A program made the position numbers and the translations under genes. Positions 9,309 through 15,774 of a stretch of DNA of 64,000 nt are shown here, one piece after another. Numbering within the stretch: position 1 is the first letter of the stretch; each line of letters begins with the position of its first letter. Below the pieces are notes generated by a model. The model worked only from the letters and a program-made list of their open reading frames with translations, made no database searches and had not been told where the DNA came from. This DNA is from Candidatus Azobacteroides sp. (GTDB lineage: Bacteria > Bacteroidota > Bacteroidia > Bacteroidales > Azobacteroidaceae): assembly GCA_009783445.1 (NCBI GenBank), contig WRFY01000124.1:2171-66170 (forward strand), read 5' to 3'.

Positions 9309-11666
9309 TCACAAACGATTTATATCGTCCAATGCCGCATTCGCTCCTCGGTATTGCTTCTTGTAATTATTGAACTGGTAACGAATGGTGAGAAGCAAAG
9401 CGCGTGTTTCGTATTTTGTCATTTTTGTATAGGAAACGGTATTGACTCGCACATCTATCCGATTATTTATCCAGTTGAATAAATCAGTTACTTGCAAATT
9501 AGCCAATAGTTTTTTATTGAAAAAATATTTTCGCAATCCGATCTCAATCGATTTCATCTCGTTCGTCTCTATTGCATAGTTATTCATTTTTCCTTGATAA
9601 TTCAGATTCAAGGAAAAAATATATTTTCGAGGAAGAACAAATTCATTATTGATGCTGCAAAAAAATACCGTTCGATTTCGGCTTTGCTCTTTCCCCAGAT
9701 AAGACAGATTGAAGAAAGGTTGGCTCACGCCGACTGTCACTTGCGTTTGACCGAATTTGTATGGAACATCGCCTGTTAAAAGGAAATCTAATTTTTGATA
9801 TTTCGGGTAATTGACGTAGGTCATAACTGTTTGGGACGAATTTTGTTCCGAATCTTCAATGGTAAATCCAATTGGATGATTTACGTAGGTATAATCCAAT
9901 CGAAAATCCAATATTCGATAATGCAGATGGTAATCGAATAGATACATATCTTCCGAATTGAGCAGGGGATTTCCTCTTTCCCGCAGGAAACGATTCACGT
10001 AGTAGTCTTCGCTACTGAGCAGAGAAAATGCAGGACGTTGAATCTTTCGTGCCATTTCCAATCCCATTTGCGTGTTTCCAACTATTTGAGAAATGGAAAG
10101 ACTCGGATAGAATCCGCTATAATTTCGATCTATTTCTACTTGGCGAGCGCTGTCGATAGTCGTTAAAGCCTTTGTCCATTCGTACCGCATCCCTATTTGA
10201 ATTGCCAGTTTACCGAATTGTCTACTATAATTTGCAAAACCAGCGACTTTATTTTCTTTATTTGTGTAAAAGTTGTCAGCTATATATTGTTCCGGATTTA
10301 ACAGAAAACCTGAACCTTTCACTTGATTACATTCTCCGCCAAATTCCAAGCTTGATAGTTCGTTCAAACGGTATTCCAAAGTAAATTTTCCTGCATATAG
10401 ATCGTAATTCGAACGACTGTTAAGCGTCAGTTCTCTGTTTTCTACTGATGAGGACTCCATTATTTCCTGTCCGGTTTTATTATGGGTTTTCAAGTAATCC
10501 ACATCCAAACGCAAACTAAACGATTTTCCATAATCTCCCTTATAAAAAGCGTTTAGCAGATGTTTTTCAGGCTGGCTTTTTGCCTTAAAAAGGGTCGTGA
10601 TTTGGTCGTAATTTTGAGCGTTAGCCCAAACGGTCTGAATTCCGGAAGAATTGATTTTTTCGTTTCCAAAAGTATACTGATATTGGCATCCAACAGCCTG
10701 CCGAGTCGTGACAGACCAATCGATTCCAGACGTAAAAACAGTTGATAAATCTTTATGTTTCTGAGGCATTTCCATTTTTTGCAACCAAGTTGTATCCGTA
10801 TAAACAACATAATCGGTTACTGTATTCCATCGCGTTTTTTCCCGAGTATGATTGCAGGAAGCAAAGAAAACAAAATTAGGGAGTGCATAGCTTAATTCGA
10901 AATCCTCCATGCTACTGAAATATTTCCGTTTCTCAACTTGCTGAGAGATTTGAACGCTCCAACCATCTTCCCCGCTTCGTTTGGTTTTGATCAGTAAAAC
11001 AGCTCGCCCTTCTGCATCGTATTTCGCACCCGGATTTGTAATTAACTCAATACTAATAATATTAGTTGAAGATAGACGATTAAGCTCGGTTTTATCGTAC
11101 AATTTTCGGTTGTTGATGTAAACAATCGGCGTTCCTTTGCCAAAAACAGTTATTTCATCTTCATTTATTGTAACGCCCGGAATTCGTTTGATAACATCGT
11201 TGGCATTGCCCACAGAGGCTAACAAAGAAGAATTGACATGAACTATCCAGTTGTTTCCTATTTTGGAAAAAACGGGTTTAGGCGTTGTTACTACAATTTC
11301 GCTCAACAAATAGTTATCTTCTGTCAGCATAATTTCGCCTAATTCGATCGACTGTTGTTGTATGATTGTTTGCAGGGTGATTGTCTGGTAACCCAAACAA
11401 GCAATTTGCACAAGGAGTTCGCCTTGCTGAACATTTTCAAACGAAAATTCACCAGTTTCTGAACAAACAGTTCCATTAATAAAAGAAGAATCTGCTGCAT
11501 GGAATAAAATTACATTGGCATATTCTATTGGGATTTGTTTTTCGTTTACAACTTTGCCCGAAAGAGTTTGCGCATGAATCGCCATTTTGTTTCCAATGAA
11601 TAATAACAGCAGAATTTGCAGAAAATAAAATTGTTGTTTGCATACGAAATGATTAGTCATTTGCAT
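9309..11666 (-). CDS. outer-membrane beta-barrel protein, TonB-dependent-receptor-like, with an N-terminal carboxypeptidase-regulatory-like domain
   Basis: Signal peptide, a CarboxypepD_reg-like beta-sandwich (LSGKVVNEKQIPIEYANVIL), a plug-like segment (IKRIPGVTINEDEITVFGKG) and a long beta-strand-rich C-terminus ending in an aromatic-rich region. Its start overlaps the rSAM gene stop by 14 nt. Confidence 0.75.
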   Translation of the reverse strand: MQMTNHFVCKQQFYFLQILLLLFIGNKMAIHAQTLSGKVVNEKQIPIEYANVILFHAADSSFINGTVCSETGEFSFENVQQGELLVQIACLGYQTITLQTIIQQQSIELGEIMLTEDNYLLSEIVVTTPKPVFSKIGNNWIVHVNSSLLASVGNANDVIKRIPGVTINEDEITVFGKGTPIVYINNRKLYDKTELNRLSSTNIISIELITNPGAKYDAEGRAVLLIKTKRSGEDGWSVQISQQVEKRKYFSSMEDFELSYALPNFVFFASCNHTREKTRWNTVTDYVVYTDTTWLQKMEMPQKHKDLSTVFTSGIDWSVTTRQAVGCQYQYTFGNEKINSSGIQTVWANAQNYDQITTLFKAKSQPEKHLLNAFYKGDYGKSFSLRLDVDYLKTHNKTGQEIMESSSVENRELTLNSRSNYDLYAGKFTLEYRLNELSSLEFGGECNQVKGSGFLLNPEQYIADNFYTNKENKVAGFANYSRQFGKLAIQIGMRYEWTKALTTIDSARQVEIDRNYSGFYPSLSISQIVGNTQMGLEMARKIQRPAFSLLSSEDYYVNRFLRERGNPLLNSEDMYLFDYHLHYRILDFRLDYTYVNHPIGFTIEDSEQNSSQTVMTYVNYPKYQKLDFLLTGDVPYKFGQTQVTVGVSQPFFNLSYLGKEQSRNRTVFFCSINNEFVLPRKYIFSLNLNYQGKMNNYAIETNEMKSIEIGLRKYFFNKKLLANLQVTDLFNWINNRIDVRVNTVSYTKMTKYETRALLLTIRYQFNNYKKQYRGANAALDDINRL

Positions 11667-12990
11667 AATTAAGTATGTGTGCTAATGATTTTTTTGAATC
11701 ATAGAATTTATCCATTATATGATAAATACTTTTTTCTATTTCATTACAAGGACATAATTTATTCAAATTAGTTAAATTTTTTGAGGAGAATAATCTATAG
11801 CTACAAATTCCATAGCAAACAGGAAGCAGGTTACAATCTAAACACTTCTTATTATCAAAAGTAGCTTTATTTAGTTTCCTATACAACAAGTGGTCGTTCC
11901 ATTCTATTGTTCCATCTTTTGTTAAAACGCCATCCTCTATTTCCTTTTCAAAATTGACTGCATGACATTTGAATACTCTACCATCATAATTAATTATAGA
12001 TTGATAATATTTGTCGGCCGGACAAGCCAATGTATTCGTATGAATTATGGAATGAGTTCTTATTTCAGTGTTGAATCCTGCATTCTCAAATATTAACAAC
12101 TTCTGTCCAATTTCATCAAAGGATACTCTTTCTTGATCTTGGTCTATTTGCTTAATTAATACCATTATTTTTTTTCGAATATGCAAAGGAAATGATTCGA
12201 TAATATTCGTAATGGAATCAAAATATTCCTTGGTAAAATTAATTCTAAGAATTAATGTTTTAGGATTCAAATTTTCAGCTAATAATATAATGCTATTAAC
12301 AATTCTGTCATATGAATCGGTTGTATTTTTTTGATATCGAATCCTATTATGTATTTCTTTAGGCCCATTCAAAGTTATTTGAATGGATTGCATATTAATA
12401 TCTCTAAACAATGGCAACATTTTTTCATTTAAAAAATATCCGTTTGTTGTGATTTGAGATTCGAGAAATACATTGTTTAAGTCACAAAATTCTTTTGTTT
12501 TTTCGGAAATTGGTTTTAATATATTTTCATAACATAATAACGGTTCTCCTCCATACCAATTTAAGAAAAATGCAGATTTATTTTTTACTGTATTATTTAT
12601 GAATTTGATTGTTGCATTAACAGTTTCTTTATTCATTATGCCTTTACACCTATCTTCATAACAATACCAACAATTAAAATTGCAATTTAATGTAGGAAGA
12701 ATCATAAGCCAATATGAATCATTATTAAAAACTTCTTTCCGATTATGAAAAAGTAAAATATTTTTTATATTATTGTCAATTTCTATATCATTAATTATTC
12801 CTAATTTATGCATTGTGCTAAAAAAAACAGGTTCATCTGTTTTCGTCTTATTTAAGTTTTCTTTGTAAGATATTAGTTTATTGTACTTGTTATCTTCTAT
12901 CTTGAATAACATTTTCTTAAACAAATTAACCCCGACCACTATGCTATTATAGCTTTTAAAGTAATTATATTTACTTAATATATATCCCAT
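11653..12990 (-). CDS. radical SAM / SPASM-domain peptide maturase
   Basis: CX3CX2C cluster LNCNFNCWYC (encoded at about 12661-12690). C-terminal SPASM motifs C-x13-G-x4-C (CPADKYYQSIINYDGRVFKC) and CX2CX5CX3C (CLDCNLLPVCYGIC). ATG at 12990 is preferred over the track's TTG at 12996. Confidence 0.88.
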   Translation of the reverse strand: MGYILSKYNYFKSYNSIVVGVNLFKKMLFKIEDNKYNKLISYKENLNKTKTDEPVFFSTMHKLGIINDIEIDNNIKNILLFHNRKEVFNNDSYWLMILPTLNCNFNCWYCYEDRCKGIMNKETVNATIKFINNTVKNKSAFFLNWYGGEPLLCYENILKPISEKTKEFCDLNNVFLESQITTNGYFLNEKMLPLFRDINMQSIQITLNGPKEIHNRIRYQKNTTDSYDRIVNSIILLAENLNPKTLILRINFTKEYFDSITNIIESFPLHIRKKIMVLIKQIDQDQERVSFDEIGQKLLIFENAGFNTEIRTHSIIHTNTLACPADKYYQSIINYDGRVFKCHAVNFEKEIEDGVLTKDGTIEWNDHLLYRKLNKATFDNKKCLDCNLLPVCYGICSYRLFSSKNLTNLNKLCPCNEIEKSIYHIMDKFYDSKKSLAHILNYAND

Positions 12991-13007
12991 CTTCAACTTT
13001 TTATATT

Positions 13008-13098
13008 AGGAGCTGCTTCTAAATAAATCATCTATAATTTAATTTCATTTTAAAAGAAAATGAACTATATTTTATAAGATTAATTTCTGGCAGCTCCT
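13008..13098 (-). promoter_or_regulatory. extended imperfect stem-loop between the precursor gene and the maturase gene
   Basis: GC-rich 9-bp basal stem (AGGAGCTGC 13008-13016 / GCAGCTCCT 13090-13098). A roughly 14-bp AT-rich middle stem follows, then an apical 8-bp stem TTCATTTT/AAAATGAA. No U-run follows on the minus strand. Confidence 0.45.
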
Positions 13099-13211
13099 TA
13101 GTTATAAGATATTATACCTACTCATTTACAAAATGATACTTTAACATGATTTATCATTCTGAATCTAAATAAGTTTTAGAATATGAAATCATAATTGATC
13201 ATCAATCAGCA

Positions 13212-13382
13212 TTAACAATAAGTGCCTGATTTTGAACCACAATAGACTCCTGATTTACCGACAGCAGAATCATTAATCAATAAGGCAGACGCATCAACTC
13301 CTCCTATAAGTTGTTTTTTTTCTTCCTTTGTCAATACAATTTTCTTACAATTTTTCAAATTATTTATTTTATTTGTTTTCAT
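13212..13382 (-). CDS. RiPP/bacteriocin precursor peptide with a double-glycine leader (56 aa); not in the ORF track
   Basis: Hand translation of the minus strand gives MKTNKINNLKNCKKIVLTKEEKKQLIGG|VDASALLINDSAVGKSGVYCGSKSGTYC*. The leader is Lys-rich and ends in LIGG. It lies directly upstream of the rSAM/SPASM and C39-ABC genes. Confidence 0.8.
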   Translation of the reverse strand: MKTNKINNLKNCKKIVLTKEEKKQLIGGVDASALLINDSAVGKSGVYCGSKSGTYC

Positions 13383-13762
13383 TTCTCGATAAATTTTTAT
13401 GTTAATAATAATTTTATTGGCGAAACTTTCGCATTCATCGCGTCCAACAAGTTACCCAACCTTGTTGGGAACTTTGGAAAATCAATAATATTTCGTACCT
13501 TTACGGCGCCTTCTTGTGATTTTGCATTTATTATTTCGATTGTTATGTTGAATATAAACCTCGCAGGGAGGCTATTTTTGTTTGCAAATTAAGGGGGCGA
13601 GCCTTGCTTTGCCATAAACGACAAATTCGTTCGTTTACATTTGCAAAAATAGAAATAAAAAATGGAACAAAATCCAAATGTTTGAAATAGTTTGTGAGCG
13701 TACCGATTTCGTCCATCAGCGTAGCATTTTTATCCTGCCAATGTCATAATATGAATGATAAA

Positions 13763-14083
13763 TTATTTTTGGTTGAACAATAATTTCAATTTCTGCGTGT
13801 TCCTGACCGAAAAACAGAAAACTTTGTCTCCGGATAGTTTAACCTCTTTTCTCTTAAGATCAATGGACTTTATGTGATGCGTATTAATAATACATTGCCG
13901 GCTTATTTGGATAAAACAGTCCGGTAATTCCGAAAGTATTTTCCGTAATGATTTTACACAATGGAAAGAAGGTTCGTTTTCCATATAAAATGTACATAAG
14001 TAATCATTAACCTCAACAGCCAATAGCGACTCCATTTGAATAACACGTAATTCATTTCCATTTTTTACAGTGAAACAATTCAT
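13763..14083 (-). CDS. stand-alone LytTR-domain DNA-binding protein with no receiver domain
   Basis: 106 aa. The pattern (...LLAVEVNDYLCTFYM...KSLRKILSELP..FIQISRQCIINTHHIKSID...V.LSGDKVF.FS) matches LytTR domain spacing. Confidence 0.75.
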   Translation of the reverse strand: MNCFTVKNGNELRVIQMESLLAVEVNDYLCTFYMENEPSFHCVKSLRKILSELPDCFIQISRQCIINTHHIKSIDLKRKEVKLSGDKVFCFSVRNTQKLKLLFNQK

Positions 14084-14160
14084 AAATCCAATGTAAATGT
14101 TACTTCATTCATTCCCTGACTGAAGAGAGTTAAAAATGCAGAAGCGTGGGAATTATTCGT

Positions 14161-14309
14161 TTATCTAATTTGAGGTACGACCAAGCACCGCGCTAAAATA
14201 AACAGTTACCCCACGCTAAGCAGATATATACGTGAGGTATATATGCTAAGCATAGCGTTTATTCTGTTTATCCCTTAGCTAAAAAATTGGTCGTTCTCAA
14301 ATTAAGGAT
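14161..14309. repeat. long imperfect inverted repeat forming a hairpin of about 150 nt, possibly a structured leader RNA or a MITE-like element
   Basis: Outer arms are TTATCTAATTTGAGGTACGACCAA and TTGGTCGTTCTCAAATTAAGGATAA. Middle arms are GCTAAAATAAACAG and CTGTTTATcccTTAGC. Inner arms are GCTAAGCagATATATAC and GTATATATGCTAAGC around the loop GTGAG. Confidence 0.6.
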
Positions 14310-14757
14310 AAAGCAAAACGCTTCAATATGTTAATTCTTAATATTCATTTATTATTATCAAGAATTGTACGACAAACTTACATGAAAATTTGAAGATTTC
14401 CAAATGTATCCGGCAGCGATTCAGAAAGAAAAATTTGAAAAATAAAATACTGAAAATAAAAAGTTTGTAAAATTTGAAAAATAAAAAAAATTGCAGAAGT
14501 TAAGCAGCTTATTTTATTAATTTACTAATTTTCAGCACATTATACAATTTTCACAAGCTAAGAGCTTTTTATAAACCGACTAACATACTCCATCTTAATT
14601 TTTATAAAAAAACTAATAATCAATGAAATATGAAGATAAATTATCTAAAAAATGATGGAGTCGAGGTTTTTAGTAATTTAAATGTTGACCTGATACTCGT
14701 AGGATAGGTAAATCTCTCGCAAGAACAAGTTTTACACTTAATCTGACCTGTAAATTC

Positions 14758-15774
14758 TCAACTATTCTTTCTGTAAAGTGGAAAAAAATCTTTATTACTG
14801 TTTTTCCTTTTTTGCTCAAGACTTAAAGCCTCATAAATTTCCTTATTATGAATGTATTTCCATGCTTTGAATCGGAAACGGATGTCGGAAAAACGCGATT
14901 TGAAGTCGAAAAGCGAATCGTTTTTGCCATCTCGTCCCCCGCCCAAATGCAGGCAATGCATTTTCCGTCTTATTCCTTCTTTTCTCGCCTGATCCAGTAT
15001 CAGTTTGAGCGGACTGAATGATAGAAAATCGTTTCGCGTAGCATTCAAATGCGCTTGCATGATTCCATTGCAAAATGTGCAAAGCGAACCGCCAATCACT
15101 TCTCCCTTGTAAGCGGCTAAGAAAATGCAAGCATCCGCTTTTTTCAAAATGGCATTGAAGTACTCTGCAGGAAAATAATAAAATGGAGTCGCTTTGACTC
15201 GATCCATGTTTTCCCTATATATTTGGATAAAAGCGTTTACATCACTTTGATTGGAAGCCTTAAATACAGTTACTCCTTTGTTTTTCAAATAGTTGATTCT
15301 ATTTTTCAGCGAACGGGCATATTGTTTTTTCTGTTCAGATTCGGGCAAATCCAAATCTATCCCCACGGTCAGATTCATATCTTCGACCTCGCCCAAGCCG
15401 TCCAGCAATTGTTCTTGATTTTCCCATAAAGGATGCAAACGAGAAAAAACGCTTACGATTCGTTGGGCATCGAAATAATCTTTCAATGTTTCGTGAAACA
15501 AGCGAATATCGTTAAGAGTCGGGCGTTCGTTTTGCGACAAAGGGCCGACATAACCATACACGGAAGTGATGTCCTGCCACTCCGTTCCTTCAATTTTCCG
15601 TACAATGACAGGAAGTGCAAAAGAAGCGGTATCGTTCCGAAAATGCAGTAACAAAGCCTTTCCCGATAAATCCAATTGCTGATAAAAAGCCAAATGATAA
15701 AAATCGTAGGCATACATAGAGCGAATAATGTCGTTCCATTTTCTTTCGTTGTCCGCAGTAATTATTTCCAGCAT
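14758..15774 (-). CDS. FemAB-family / GNAT-fold acyl(aminoacyl)transferase-like protein
   Basis: 338 aa with a two-lobed GNAT-like pattern. It is translationally coupled to the upstream sugar-phosphate transferase (TAATG overlap at 15774). The family assignment is made from memory of similar Bacteroidales proteins. Confidence 0.55.
   Translation of the reverse strand: MLEIITADNERKWNDIIRSMYAYDFYHLAFYQQLDLSGKALLLHFRNDTASFALPVIVRKIEGTEWQDITSVYGYVGPLSQNERPTLNDIRLFHETLKDYFDAQRIVSVFSRLHPLWENQEQLLDGLGEVEDMNLTVGIDLDLPESEQKKQYARSLKNRINYLKNKGVTVFKASNQSDVNAFIQIYRENMDRVKATPFYYFPAEYFNAILKKADACIFLAAYKGEVIGGSLCTFCNGIMQAHLNATRNDFLSFSPLKLILDQARKEGIRRKMHCLHLGGGRDGKNDSLFDFKSRFSDIRFRFKAWKYIHNKEIYEALSLEQKRKNSNKDFFPLYRKNS

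Noticed and set aside
13311-13592. 93-aa plus-strand ORF in the RiPP regulatory region.
   Set aside because: It lies antisense to the GG-leader precursor and its leader region and is an extremely AT-rich, Phe/Ile/Asn-dominated translation. The minus-strand 56-aa precursor explains the locus much better.
14431-14486. Direct repeat AAATTTGAAAAATAAAA x2, 39 bp apart, as a possible LytTR operator.
   Set aside because: It is low-complexity A/T sequence in an AT-rich spacer. The spacing and sequence do not match known LytTR direct-repeat geometry. It is mentioned only as part of the compositional island.
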